A model generated the notes under the pieces. That model did not search any database. It saw nothing but the letters and a program-made list of their open reading frames with translations, and had not been told where the DNA came from. The translations under genes and the position numbers were made by a program. A stretch of 64,000 bases of DNA from an uncultured Spirochaetales bacterium (GTDB lineage: Bacteria > Spirochaetota > Spirochaetia > JAFGXN01). Of the stretch, positions 9,347 to 21,976 are shown one piece after another (positions within the stretch are counted from its first letter, which is position 1; every line of letters starts with the position of its first letter). The DNA lies in contig CASEOG010000002.1 in the NCBI GenBank assembly GCA_949289575.1, forward strand, positions 160,254 through 224,253. Direction: 5' to 3'.

Positions 9347-12300
9347 ATGATGAGAAAATATCTGTATATTGCGATGATTTCTTTTCTGTGGATTTCCTGT
9401 ACCGACGCCGTTTCCTTTTTTTATAACGGAGAGAAAGCGGAAGCATCGGTTTATGAAATAACAATCGGGAAAGATACCGTTTTTAATATTTTTTCCTTTC
9501 TGAGTGCCCGCGGAGAGAACGAAGAAGATTTGACGGGAGAAATCGAACTGGTATCCGGATATCTGGATACCACTGTGGCGGGACGTTATTGTCTGGAATA
9601 CCGAATCGACTATCGGAGAACGGTGAAAGAAATCGGGATTATTGTTTATGTCAGAGACGACCCGGTTTATCCGACTTCCGGTTTGCCGGTAATCGAACTG
9701 GAAGGAGAGAACCCTCTGTCGGTTCCGCTTTCTGTCGATGTTTTTACCGATCCGGGGGCATCTGTCATTGATTCCAACGGACGCCGGATGCCGGATGAAT
9801 ATCTTTCGAAAAATGTCTGTTTTTTTGATTCGGCAATGAACCGGTTTACCGATACCGGAGGAATTCCGATGTCGGGGCCGGGGGTTTACCGCATCGATTA
9901 TAACGGGTTCGATTATTCGGGAAAAGCGGCAAAAACCGTAACGAGATTTGTTTTTTACGGAAATTCTTCCACCCGCCGTGTTGCGATTACGCTCAACCGG
10001 TATCCGACTGGGGAGCTTGTCGATCCGAATGTTTCCGTGACGGCCGGGACTTTGTGTATCGAGGCCGGTGCCGGCAAGGTTTATCGCGAATGCGGCGGTT
10101 CGGTATCGTTTATCGAAAACGGGAGCGTTGTCAGAACCGAAACCTGGAGTGACGATATCGGCGTCATTCCGGGACTTCGAAGAACGGAAATCCCTTCTTT
10201 TGCCGTTCCCGGTCGGCATTCCGTTTATTACTGGTTTTCGGAAGACGGAAGTGTCGGTTCCGTAGAAGCGTTTATCGAAAGACCTCTTCTGCTGGTTGAT
10301 CGGCAGGCTCCCGTTTTGACTTTGGGCAACCAGAATGCGAATGCTCCTGCCGTTACACCCGAATCGTGGGAAGAGGCACTGCGGCTTTCCGAAGAGGATT
10401 CTTTCTCCCTGAATGCCGGACAGAATTTTACGGAACCTGTTTCGGCGGCGGGACTTTTCCCGAAAATAGAGGATAACTGCGATAAAGATCTTTTGTGGAG
10501 CCGGGTGCAAACCTCTTTTTTTCGTTACAACGGCACGAAAAACAGCATCGAATCGATTTCCGCTTTTCCGGATCCCTCAGCCAGACGCGGTGATATTTAT
10601 TTTATCCGCTACTCGGCTGCCGACCGCAGCGGTAATTTGCGGGTTTGCTGGCGGAAGATTCTCATGAAATCCGGTTCTCCCGCCAATATCCGGTTCTGTT
10701 ACGGAGATAAAGAGACCAAAACAGTTGTTTACGGATATTATTCGAATTCGGGAGAAACTTCGTTCCTTCCGGATGTATACGGTACCGACGGTAGCGGCAA
10801 CCGTTTACCGGAGAGTGAGTACAGGATAGATATCGGGGGAGTCGGAAGCGGCGGCGCCGCTGTATCGGTGCCCTATTCCGGCGGAGAAAATTTGGAAAAA
10901 AGACTTTCCGAAGCCGGATTGATAGATCTGAAGACCCCGGGGCAGTATTCTCTTGATTATACGATTACGTATGACGGCCTGAAAACCGTTGTCAAACGGT
11001 ATGTAACCGTTTTTAATTATGACGGTATTTCGGTATTGTCGGAGACCAGCAACGACAATCTCTCCCAGGCAAAATATACGCTTCGGTGGCAAAACACTCA
11101 AAAAGAAAAAGGTTATTCCAATACCATGTTTCTTTACCGTTCGAATCACCGTTCGAACGGCGTTTGGGAACGTGTCGGTACGGTGAACGAAAACGAATAT
11201 ATTTCGGTTCCTTACGGAATCTCTTTTTACAGGCTGGTTCCGGCCAGAGTCGGAGATGAGGGGGAGGTCTCGGCCCGCCCCGAAGATGCTCCCGAGTCGG
11301 TGATGATACAGTTGTGCCGGCCTTTCCCCGCAGTCGGAGGCTTTCAGGCTTCGAATCGGACTTATACCGATCGGATAGAACTGCAATGGAGTGTGTGCGA
11401 CAATGCCGATTACTACAGGGTTTACTGCGGTAGGGATTCTTCGTCTTTCCCGCTGTCCGACGATAAACTCCTTGCGGAGATTCGGAACGGCAATACTTAC
11501 ACCGTTCGGGAGAGTGCCTCGTTTTCGGCCGCATATACATGGTATTTCCAGATTCAGGCTGTTGCCGAAAAGAGTCTTCACGGATGGAAAACCGTTTCGA
11601 CCGATACGAAAGGAAACCTGATTGTTTCGACGGATACGGCCAAAGCGAAGGGAATGAGAGAATTGACGGACTCCGAATGGCTGCGTGAGGTATTAATCGA
11701 AATCGGAGCTTTGCAGAGCCGGTTTAACCTCGGGGACGGTTCTCTCGATGCGGGAGGAAAATTTTATATCGACGGCGGCAGTTCGGGAGCTTTTTACTAC
11801 CGTATTCGCAACGAGAGCTGGCCGGAAAATGACTGGCTGACAAAAAACCGGTCGACATTGCTGGATTATTTCCATTTCAACAATGACGGCAGAAGACTGA
11901 AACTATCGGGCGGAATTGCCTATTTATATCTTTTTACAAAGAGCAAAAACGATTATTATGTGGGAATTACGGCGAAGGCCGATTCCGCATTGTATCCCGA
12001 CGGTTTAAAGCGGCAGGCTCCGCTGACCGTTTCGGGTGATTATCCGGGAACGGTCGATATTCACGGACTTCTTGATGACTGTTGGAATCGGGCCTGCAGT
12101 CACAGTGATACGACGGTCAAAAACTGCGTCGGCGAGAGTCTCTCTTACAGAGGAAACAGGTGGCTCGGCAACTGTGACGGGCGAAGCTCCGTCGGACACG
12201 GATGCCCCAGTTACCGGTTCTCCGAATCGGCATGGCGGAACGTTCTCGGATTTTACGAAAACGGGAGGGTGACGTTTACGCACCGCGGGCAGATGTTTCT

Positions 12301-12355
12301 TTATACCCGCGACGGCGGTCCGGAAAAAACGCACGCCGCTTTCAGGGTTCCGTAA
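9347..12355 (+). CDS. Large surface lipoprotein with Ig-like (DUF5011-like) and fibronectin type III-like domains
   Basis: Lipobox-like ...FLWISC. PVIELEGENPL...FTDPGAS.ID Ig-like unit, APVLTLG unit, and FN3-like ASNRTYTDRIELQW....ADYYRVY. Confidence 0.7.
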   Translation: MMRKYLYIAMISFLWISCTDAVSFFYNGEKAEASVYEITIGKDTVFNIFSFLSARGENEEDLTGEIELVSGYLDTTVAGRYCLEYRIDYRRTVKEIGIIVYVRDDPVYPTSGLPVIELEGENPLSVPLSVDVFTDPGASVIDSNGRRMPDEYLSKNVCFFDSAMNRFTDTGGIPMSGPGVYRIDYNGFDYSGKAAKTVTRFVFYGNSSTRRVAITLNRYPTGELVDPNVSVTAGTLCIEAGAGKVYRECGGSVSFIENGSVVRTETWSDDIGVIPGLRRTEIPSFAVPGRHSVYYWFSEDGSVGSVEAFIERPLLLVDRQAPVLTLGNQNANAPAVTPESWEEALRLSEEDSFSLNAGQNFTEPVSAAGLFPKIEDNCDKDLLWSRVQTSFFRYNGTKNSIESISAFPDPSARRGDIYFIRYSAADRSGNLRVCWRKILMKSGSPANIRFCYGDKETKTVVYGYYSNSGETSFLPDVYGTDGSGNRLPESEYRIDIGGVGSGGAAVSVPYSGGENLEKRLSEAGLIDLKTPGQYSLDYTITYDGLKTVVKRYVTVFNYDGISVLSETSNDNLSQAKYTLRWQNTQKEKGYSNTMFLYRSNHRSNGVWERVGTVNENEYISVPYGISFYRLVPARVGDEGEVSARPEDAPESVMIQLCRPFPAVGGFQASNRTYTDRIELQWSVCDNADYYRVYCGRDSSSFPLSDDKLLAEIRNGNTYTVRESASFSAAYTWYFQIQAVAEKSLHGWKTVSTDTKGNLIVSTDTAKAKGMRELTDSEWLREVLIEIGALQSRFNLGDGSLDAGGKFYIDGGSSGAFYYRIRNESWPENDWLTKNRSTLLDYFHFNNDGRRLKLSGGIAYLYLFTKSKNDYYVGITAKADSALYPDGLKRQAPLTVSGDYPGTVDIHGLLDDCWNRACSHSDTTVKNCVGESLSYRGNRWLGNCDGRSSVGHGCPSYRFSESAWRNVLGFYENGRVTFTHRGQMFLYTRDGGPEKTHAAFRVP

Positions 12356-12432
12356 AAAAATGATATTAATTTTTTGCTAATAACATTGACAAACAGCCCG
12401 ATCCATGTGATGATAAGGCTAAGGAGACAGTT

Positions 12433-13626
12433 ATGAAAAAATTATTGGTTTTAATTGCGGTTTTTTCAATGATCGGCTGTTCGGTCGATTATGTCAAAAG
12501 CGAAGGCACATTAAACAAAGATACTGTTGTTGTTAAAAGCAGCGAAGTATTGGCGTTTGATGCGACAGCCGGAGAACTGAAGCTGGCAAACGATTACACG
12601 GGCGCCAGGTATATCATTGTCGAGCACGGTGAAAACATGCCCGGCGGACGTCTGCTCGCGGTTGATTCCGTCAGCAACGGTGTATATCGTGTAAAGGATA
12701 CTCAGCTGGCCAACGCCGTTAAGGACCTGAAATTTAAATCGACATATCAGCTGAAAAAAGAGGATATCGTTTCTGCGAAACCTCTTGCCCGCGGTGTTAC
12801 AATCGATCCCGCCGATCCGTTTGTAATTGATTTGGGAACAAAGCGGATTGCCGACTTTGTCGAAGATTCCGAATCGGCTTATGATGCCGGTCTTGATTTG
12901 GAAGGGAAGCTGTATATCGATCCTTATATCAATTTCGATATCGATATTACCAATTTCGAACTTCAGAAATTCATCATCGAATTGGAAGCCTCTTTGAAGG
13001 CGGAAATGTCTCTTGCATTGAATGCGTCTGTGAGCTACGGTGCTTATGTACCTCTGTTCGAGTATAATTATAATGTAATCACAGTTATGGCCGGTCCCGT
13101 GCCTATCATTTTCCAACCGATTATCGAAATCGGTCTCGATGCTAATTTTAATGCCAGCGTTCGGGCGACTTTTACGATTTCCGAAACAATTTCTTTCGGT
13201 GCCGGTGCTGTTTACGAAAATGAAGCATGGACAACAAAGAAATACTTTGATGCCGGATTACCTCAGGTTGAACCGATTTTCGTGAATGCCAAAGCCAATG
13301 CGGGTGTCGGCATTAACGAAAAAATCGGTATCATGCTCTACGGAGTGTTAGGAGCTAATTTGCAGGCTCGTGAATTCCTGTCGGCCGACTATACGGGAAA
13401 TGCCGAAATCGATTTCGCGCAGGGAGCTGTGACATCGGATCAGAATCTGACTCTCAAATTCGGTATGGGGGTCGGTGTGAATATTCGTATCAGTGCATTC
13501 AGCATTATTGATAAAGAATTTCAGGTCTGGGGTCAGGACTTGACATTCGCTCAGATGGATTGGAATTGCCGTCTTGACTCGGAACCTGTCTGGTCCGGTT
13601 TGATTGTGGACGCAATTAATAAATAA
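12433..13626 (+). CDS. Beta-strand-rich lipoprotein of unknown function
   Basis: MKKLLVLIAVFSMIGC lipobox, AAGGAG SD, perfect TTGACA at 12386-12391 and its own terminator. Confidence 0.7.
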   Translation: MKKLLVLIAVFSMIGCSVDYVKSEGTLNKDTVVVKSSEVLAFDATAGELKLANDYTGARYIIVEHGENMPGGRLLAVDSVSNGVYRVKDTQLANAVKDLKFKSTYQLKKEDIVSAKPLARGVTIDPADPFVIDLGTKRIADFVEDSESAYDAGLDLEGKLYIDPYINFDIDITNFELQKFIIELEASLKAEMSLALNASVSYGAYVPLFEYNYNVITVMAGPVPIIFQPIIEIGLDANFNASVRATFTISETISFGAGAVYENEAWTTKKYFDAGLPQVEPIFVNAKANAGVGINEKIGIMLYGVLGANLQAREFLSADYTGNAEIDFAQGAVTSDQNLTLKFGMGVGVNIRISAFSIIDKEFQVWGQDLTFAQMDWNCRLDSEPVWSGLIVDAINK

Positions 13627-13641
13627 TCGAATCAACTTATC

Positions 13642-13676
13642 AAAAGACTCCTGCCGTCCGGGCGGGAGTCTTTTTT
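13642..13676 (+). terminator. Rho-independent terminator
   Basis: AAAAGACTCCTGCC-gtccg-GGCGGGAGTCTTTT followed by more T residues. Confidence 0.85.
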
Positions 13677-13683
13677 CTGTATA

Positions 13684-16425
<2,742 letters not shown>

Positions 16426-16464
16426 GGAAAAGGCGGTTTCTTGCGATAAAAATCATTCTTCTAC

Positions 16465-16493
16465 TTGAATGAAATATGGAATCTTTTTATAAT
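16465..16493 (+). promoter_or_regulatory. sigma70 promoter of glyQS
   Basis: TTGAAT, 17 bp spacer, TATAAT. Confidence 0.75.
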
Positions 16494-16522
16494 ATCTTTA
16501 CAGAATAATTTGAGGTTGGAAT

Positions 16523-17854
16523 ATGGGAAAAGAAGTCACAATGGACAAGATTGTCTCTTTGTGCAAGAGACGCGGTTTTGTTTTTCAGTCATCCGAGATT
16601 TACGGCGGACTTTCGTCCGCATGGGATTACGGTCCTCTCGGTGTCGAACTGAAACGAAATATACAGAATTTCTGGTGGAAGGCGATGACCCGCATGAACG
16701 ATAATATTGTCGGGTTGGATGCGGCAATCATGATGCACCCGAAAGTATGGGAAGCCTCGGGACATGTCGAGAACTTTTCCGATCCTCTGGTCGATTGTAA
16801 AGCGTGTAAAGCCCGTTTCCGGGCCGATCAGATCGACCTGAATGCGCCCTGTCCCAATTGCGGCGGAAAAGGAACCTTTACGGAGCCGCGCGACTTTAAC
16901 CTGATGTTTTCGACGAATCTCGGGCCGGTTAAAGATGATAACAGCCGTGTTTATTTGCGACCGGAAACAGCGCAGGGAATTTTTGTCAACTTTAAGAATG
17001 TCGTTCAGTCGAGCCGTGTGAAAGTTCCCTTCGGCATAGCACAGGTCGGGAAAGCGTTTCGAAACGAAATCGTGACAAAAAACTTTATTTTCCGGACCTG
17101 CGAATTCGAACAAATGGAAATGCAGTTTTTCTGCAAACCGGGTACCGATGAAGAGTGGTTTCAGTACTGGAAAAAAGAGAGAATGGATTATTATTCGCGC
17201 CTGGGAATTCACCCCGAGCATCTGCGTTTTCATCAGCACGGCCCCGACGAACTGGCGCATTATGCGAAAGATGCATTCGATATTCAGTTTCTGTTTCCGA
17301 TGGGATGGCAGGAGCTGGAAGGAATCCATTCGCGTACCGATTTCGATTTAAGCCGTCACAACAGTTATTCCGGTAAAAACGAGCTGACCTATTTGGATCC
17401 CGATACCAATGAGCGTTATGTTCCTTACGTTATCGAGACCTCGGCCGGGTTGACGCGCAGTGTTCTGATGGTATTGAGCGATGCATACGAAGAAGAGGAA
17501 ATCGAGGCAGGTGATGTTCGGACGGTGCTGCATTTTCATCCTGCCGTTGCTCCGATAACGGCGGCGGTTTTGCCGCTTGTCAAGAAAGACGGTATCGATG
17601 AGCTGGCCCGAAAAGTGGAAAACCGTCTTCGTGAAGATTATAATATCTTTTACGATCAGAGCGGTGCGATCGGCCGCCGTTACCGCCGCATGGATGAGGT
17701 CGGAACGCCCTATTGTATCACCGTGGATTACGAATCCAAGGATGATGACTGCGTAACGCTGCGTTTCCGTGATTCCATGGAGCAGAAACGTGTTCCGATT
17801 CATTCTTTGTCTCAGGTTATCGCCGAGGAAATGAAAAATTATAAACGTGTATGA
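16523..17854 (+). CDS. glyQS: Glycine--tRNA ligase, alpha2 (homodimeric) type
   Basis: KRRGFVFQSSEIYGG, YLRPETAQGIF, GKAFRNEI, EFEQMEMQFF and QSGAIGRRYRRMDEVGTP motifs. Confidence 0.96.
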   Translation: MGKEVTMDKIVSLCKRRGFVFQSSEIYGGLSSAWDYGPLGVELKRNIQNFWWKAMTRMNDNIVGLDAAIMMHPKVWEASGHVENFSDPLVDCKACKARFRADQIDLNAPCPNCGGKGTFTEPRDFNLMFSTNLGPVKDDNSRVYLRPETAQGIFVNFKNVVQSSRVKVPFGIAQVGKAFRNEIVTKNFIFRTCEFEQMEMQFFCKPGTDEEWFQYWKKERMDYYSRLGIHPEHLRFHQHGPDELAHYAKDAFDIQFLFPMGWQELEGIHSRTDFDLSRHNSYSGKNELTYLDPDTNERYVPYVIETSAGLTRSVLMVLSDAYEEEEIEAGDVRTVLHFHPAVAPITAAVLPLVKKDGIDELARKVENRLREDYNIFYDQSGAIGRRYRRMDEVGTPYCITVDYESKDDDCVTLRFRDSMEQKRVPIHSLSQVIAEEMKNYKRV

Positions 17855-17855
17855 T

Positions 17856-17886
17856 AAAAAATCCGCCCGAACGGGCGGATTTTTTT
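17856..17886. terminator. Bidirectional intrinsic terminator between glyQS and corA
   Basis: AAAAAATCCGCCCG-aa-CGGGCGGATTTTTTT. Confidence 0.9.
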
Positions 17887-17897
17887 GCAAGGGTCTG

Positions 17898-18827
17898 TCA
17901 GAATATCTTCATCTTCTTCATGAAAAATGTCAGAACGGCAGAAACAACGGCAATTCCTCCCGTCAGAATCCAAAAGGTGTGATGAAATCCTGTCCCCGGC
18001 AGATCGACATTCATTCCGTAAATACCGGAAACGATGGAAGGGACACACAGAATAATGGTGACTCCGGTCAGGAACTTCATGGTGCGGTTCAGCTGTGTGT
18101 CGGCTAAAGTCGCCAGGGTTTCGGCGACGCCCGTAATAATGGCCGTATAGGTGCGTGCCATTTCCATAGCCTGTTCTATTTCGATAACAACATCTTCCAT
18201 TAAATCTTCGGCATCCGGATTGTCTTTAATAAAGCTGAAGCGTTTCAGCTTCAGCATAACGGATTCGTTGGTTTTAATCGAGTTGGAAAAATAAACCAAA
18301 CTTTTTTGAAGCCGCAGCATTTTAATGATTTCTTTATTCGAATAGGAACGGATCATGTCCTTTTCTATAGCGTTACTCATCTGGTTGATTCGCTTCAGGT
18401 AGTGAAGAAAATAGGCTGCATTGCGGAACAGAAGCAGCAAAAGAAATCGTGTCTGATTCTGGGTCGTAAATGCTTTAAATTTTCCGGAGCAGAAAGTCTC
18501 AATCAGGGGCAGTTTTTTGGTACAGATTGTGACAATGTAATCTTTCATTAATACAATTCCCAAAGGAATTGTCGAAAAATAGGTGTTTTCGGTACGGTCT
18601 TCAATCGGTACATCGATAATAATCAGCGTATGATTTTCTTCCAATTCGATGTGAGCTCTTTCTTCTTCGTCCAGAGCAGCCTTAATACTGTCAATATCCA
18701 GTTCGATTTGAAGTGCCAGTGTTTTGACTTCGGCGTCGGTCGGCGCAACCACATTAATCCATGTACCGGCTTCCGGTTCTGCCGTTTTCTCGATTGTACG
18801 GCCGATTGTTTTTAAGATTTCAACCAT
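17898..18827 (-). CDS. corA: CorA family magnesium transporter
   Basis: WINVVAPT, DEEER, IPLGI, two C-terminal TM helices and the signature GMN (SGIYGMNVDLP). Confidence 0.93.
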   Translation of the reverse strand: MVEILKTIGRTIEKTAEPEAGTWINVVAPTDAEVKTLALQIELDIDSIKAALDEEERAHIELEENHTLIIIDVPIEDRTENTYFSTIPLGIVLMKDYIVTICTKKLPLIETFCSGKFKAFTTQNQTRFLLLLLFRNAAYFLHYLKRINQMSNAIEKDMIRSYSNKEIIKMLRLQKSLVYFSNSIKTNESVMLKLKRFSFIKDNPDAEDLMEDVVIEIEQAMEMARTYTAIITGVAETLATLADTQLNRTMKFLTGVTIILCVPSIVSGIYGMNVDLPGTGFHHTFWILTGGIAVVSAVLTFFMKKMKIF

Positions 18828-18971
18828 TTTTGCCTCCTGAAAGCACTCCGGAGGCAGGAACTCCCCCGGCTAAATATTTGTAGAAAAGAAACAGCGCTTA
18901 CTGCCGGGGGAATCATCCATAATTTTACTCCTGTTCGGATTTACTTTATCATAATTTACCGGTGTAGACAA
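18828..18971 (-). promoter_or_regulatory. corA promoter and structured 5' leader (candidate translational attenuator)
   Basis: TTGTCT (18966-18971), 17 bp spacer, TGa-TAAAGT (18943-18948). Perfect 9-bp stem 18903-18911/18862-18870. Perfect 7-bp stem 18850-18856/18831-18837 covering the corA SD. Confidence 0.7.
18870..18920 (-). CDS. Putative corA leader peptide MDDSPGSKRCFFSTNI (16 aa)
   Basis: ATG at 18920 has an AGGAG SD (18928-18932) 7 nt upstream; TAG at 18870-18872. The ORF lies inside alternative RNA stems. Confidence 0.7.
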   Translation of the reverse strand: MDDSPGSKRCFFSTNI

Positions 18972-18982
18972 TAAAAACCGGA

Positions 18983-19783
18983 TTATTTTTCGTTGCTTTC
19001 CGACTGTTCTTTTGCCGTAAAGGTCATAACAAGTGCTTTCTCGGCATTTCTGAAAGAAAGTGTATTTCCCGACAGCGAGTATTCGACCGCTTCCGCCAGA
19101 AGCGAATTGAATCGGTCTGCCAGAACCATGAACTCTTCGGGGCCGGCCATCATTGTTGTTCCCATTTGGGAAAAGGAAATCGTATTTTTTTCGCCGATGT
19201 TGTAGGAGCCGAAATAACGGTTGACTCCGTTCGAGCCCGCAACGCTGTTGTCCTTTCCGAAAGAAATATCTGCCGTAAAGCCTTCGGGGACGGAGACCAT
19301 TGCCGTCCCGTCATTCAGCGACAGAAGAGTCCATTCCGTGTTTTCCAGTTTATTTAAAGCAAAAACAAACAAAACTCTGTCGTTTTTATCTTTTATCGTC
19401 AGTTTGTCCTTTTTAATCCGGAAATGGTCCGATTGAATCAATGTCGTAAAGAAGTGCTGTTCCAGTTTCATCATGTCGGGAGAAGCGGCTTTCCGTGTCG
19501 CGCCGATATTGCTGAAAGTCAGTTTATTTTCATCGATTTTCACAAGAGAAAAGAAATTATTGACACCGGCTGTGCCTGTAGCCTGTGTTTCCGTAAAAGA
19601 GACGGTAATCGGAGAATACATATCGGTATCTTTCACCATTTCCTCGGGAGAAATCAGGTTCGATGAGTCTTCGGTAATGATTTCCGTCAGTTTCCAAGAT
19701 GCGTCCGTGATGTCGGCATCGTCCGACGAACAGCCGGAAAAGGCAAATAAACCCGCTACAGACAATAAAAGAAATCTTTTCAT
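18983..19783 (-). CDS. Lipoprotein with two META (HslJ-like) domains
   Basis: Lipobox FAFSGC. Two repeats of W.L..l...G.(A/N)GVN.(F/Y)F......F...G.T.(K/M)A. Confidence 0.9.
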   Translation of the reverse strand: MKRFLLLSVAGLFAFSGCSSDDADITDASWKLTEIITEDSSNLISPEEMVKDTDMYSPITVSFTETQATGTAGVNNFFSLVKIDENKLTFSNIGATRKAASPDMMKLEQHFFTTLIQSDHFRIKKDKLTIKDKNDRVLFVFALNKLENTEWTLLSLNDGTAMVSVPEGFTADISFGKDNSVAGSNGVNRYFGSYNIGEKNTISFSQMGTTMMAGPEEFMVLADRFNSLLAEAVEYSLSGNTLSFRNAEKALVMTFTAKEQSESNEK

Positions 19784-19879
19784 AAAGAACCTCCGTATCG
19801 GTTTTCATTTTAGCATAAACGGAGGGAAAATCAACAAAAATGAGTCGAATTAATCAAAACTTAAATAAAAAATAAATGA

Positions 19880-19908
19880 TTTACTTTCCGCCGACTGTAT
19901 GGTATATT
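19880..19908 (+). promoter_or_regulatory. sigma70 promoter of the fucosidase-eda-kdgK unit
   Basis: TTTACT, 17 bp spacer, TGg-TATATT. Confidence 0.6.
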
Positions 19909-19924
19909 TTGATAAGAGGTTTTT

Positions 19925-21397
19925 ATGAAAAAAACAGTTTTATTATCGGTATTGGCGTTTGCGGTGCTCGTGACGGCCTGCAATTTGAAGGTCTGGGAAG
20001 ACAGAAAGGGCGAAGTTGATATGGCCAAAGTGAAGGCTGCGGCAATGGTAACTCCCCATCCGCGCCAGCTGGCCTGGCAGCAGTTGGAGCTGACAGCTTT
20101 TTTTCATTTCGGAATCAATACTTTTACGGGAAACGAATGGGGCGACGGGAAAGAAGACCCGAAACTGTTTAATCCGACACAGTTGGATTGCCGGCAATGG
20201 GTAAAATCGGTGAAGGCGGCCGGATTCAAACTGGCGATTCTGACAGCCAAACACCACGACGGGTTTTGTCTGTGGCCTTCCGCCTATACGGACCATGATG
20301 TGGCCTCTTCTTCTTACAAAAACGGGAAAGGCGATATTGTCAAAGAATTTGTCGATGCCTGCCGGGCCGAAGGTATCAAAATCGGGATTTATCTTTCGCC
20401 GTGGGACCGCCACGAAAAAACATACGGACGCGAGGCCTACAACGATTATTTCGACAATCAAATCAGAGAAATTTTCGATAATTACGGACCCGATATTGCC
20501 GAATTCTGGTTTGACGGTGCTGTCGATTCGGAAATCAAACAAATGTATGACTGGAACCGGTTTTATAAGACCATCAGAGAGAAAAATCCCGACTGCGTGA
20601 TTGCTGTCAGCGGCCCCGATGTCAGATGGGTCGGCAACGAATCGGGACTGGCCCGCGAGTCGGAATGGAGTGTTGTTCCCGCTTCCGCTAAGAATCAGAA
20701 CCAGATTGCTTCCGATTTCGAAGAGGGCGGATTCCATTATACGAAACCGGATAAAGAAATTCAAATGTACCGGTATGATTCGGCGTCGGAAGATTTGGGT
20801 GACCGTGTATCTGTCTCGCAGGCGGAAAAGACAATCTGGTATCCCGCAGAATGCGACACATCCATCCGGCCGGGCTGGTTTTATCATGAAAATCAGGATA
20901 TTCAGGTGAAGTCGTTGGCCAAGCTTATGGATATATATTACAAGTCGGTCGGGCGCAATTCGGTTCTTTTGCTGAATATTCCTCCGGATAAGCGCGGGTT
21001 ACTTCACGAGAAAGATGTGGAGCGGTTAAAAGAATTCGGTGATACAATTCGGGAAATCTTTTCGGACAATAAGGCCGCCGGAGCTGTTCGGACAGAGACG
21101 AAGCCGACCGGCGACAATTACGAAATGACAATCGAGCTGGATCTCGGTTCGAAAAAATCCTTTAACAGACTGAGTATCGGGGAAAATATCCAAAACGGAC
21201 AGAGGGTCGAAAAATTCGCGCTCGAGGTCTGGAACGGCTATAAATGGAAAGAAGTCGAACGTTCGACTACAATCGGATATAAACGGCTTTTAAAATTTCC
21301 GAGACAGAAAGCTCAAAAGGTGCGGATTCGCATTGTTCAGGCCCGATACAATCCGGAAATTTCTTCGATAGGATTGTATAACAGTTCCTGGTATTAA
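19925..21397 (+). CDS. GH29 alpha-L-fucosidase lipoprotein with a C-terminal beta-sandwich module
   Basis: Lipobox VLVTAC; AFFHFGINTF, LTAKHHDGFCLWPS, YLSPWD, WFDGA and PAECDTSIRPGWFYH motifs. Confidence 0.93.
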   Translation: MKKTVLLSVLAFAVLVTACNLKVWEDRKGEVDMAKVKAAAMVTPHPRQLAWQQLELTAFFHFGINTFTGNEWGDGKEDPKLFNPTQLDCRQWVKSVKAAGFKLAILTAKHHDGFCLWPSAYTDHDVASSSYKNGKGDIVKEFVDACRAEGIKIGIYLSPWDRHEKTYGREAYNDYFDNQIREIFDNYGPDIAEFWFDGAVDSEIKQMYDWNRFYKTIREKNPDCVIAVSGPDVRWVGNESGLARESEWSVVPASAKNQNQIASDFEEGGFHYTKPDKEIQMYRYDSASEDLGDRVSVSQAEKTIWYPAECDTSIRPGWFYHENQDIQVKSLAKLMDIYYKSVGRNSVLLLNIPPDKRGLLHEKDVERLKEFGDTIREIFSDNKAAGAVRTETKPTGDNYEMTIELDLGSKKSFNRLSIGENIQNGQRVEKFALEVWNGYKWKEVERSTTIGYKRLLKFPRQKAQKVRIRIVQARYNPEISSIGLYNSSWY

Positions 21398-21400
21398 GAG

Positions 21401-21976
21401 ATGGATTTTTTCGAGCATCTGGAAAGGGATCAGTTTCTGCCGCTGATTCCGTGCGAGCCGGAGACGGCCCGGCAGGCGGCGGAATTCTTTTCCCGACAGG
21501 GCATCCGCTCTGTCGAGATACCGATGCGCAGCGAAAAAGCCGTTGCGACCATTAAACTCCTGAAGAAAGAGTTTTCCGTCCTGACGGTTGTTGCCGGAAC
21601 GGTTTTGCGCGCGGAACAGGCGGCGGCGGCGGCCGACGCCGGGGCCTCGGCGCTGGTTTCGCCGGGATGGGATGAGACTGTTGCCGAATCGGCTGCGGCT
21701 TGCGGTCTGCCCTATATTCCGGGTGTTTTTACGGCAACGGAAGTTCAGAATGCTTTTCGGAACGGTTGCCGGTATTTGAAATTTTTCCCTGCTGCAGCGG
21801 CAGGGATTGAGTATTTATGTGCGCTGTCGGCACCTTTCTATTCGGCCGGAGTCCGTTTTATGCCGACAGGCGGAATCAATCATAGAAATTATCGCCGGTT
21901 TTTGGAGATACCGTCGGTTTTTTGTGTAGCGGGTTCCGATTTCGAGCCTGTATTTACCAGGGATGACAGCGAATGA
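21401..21976 (+). CDS. eda: KDPG/KHG aldolase
   Basis: VEIPMR, AGTVL, VSPG, PGVFTATE, LKFFPA and FMPTGGI motifs. Confidence 0.9.
   Translation: MDFFEHLERDQFLPLIPCEPETARQAAEFFSRQGIRSVEIPMRSEKAVATIKLLKKEFSVLTVVAGTVLRAEQAAAAADAGASALVSPGWDETVAESAAACGLPYIPGVFTATEVQNAFRNGCRYLKFFPAAAAGIEYLCALSAPFYSAGVRFMPTGGINHRNYRRFLEIPSVFCVAGSDFEPVFTRDDSE

Noticed and set aside
9122-10510. Long antisense or alternative-frame ORFs (e.g. 9122-10510, 42157-43347, 49484-51814, 60899-61954)
   Set aside because: They are shadows of well-supported genes, with no SD or motifs and Arg/Phe-rich low-information translations.
18828-18940. M-box (ykoK), yybP-ykoY or NiCo riboswitch upstream of corA
   Set aside because: The leader is only about 110 nt and lacks their conserved motifs; a leader-peptide attenuator explains the features better.
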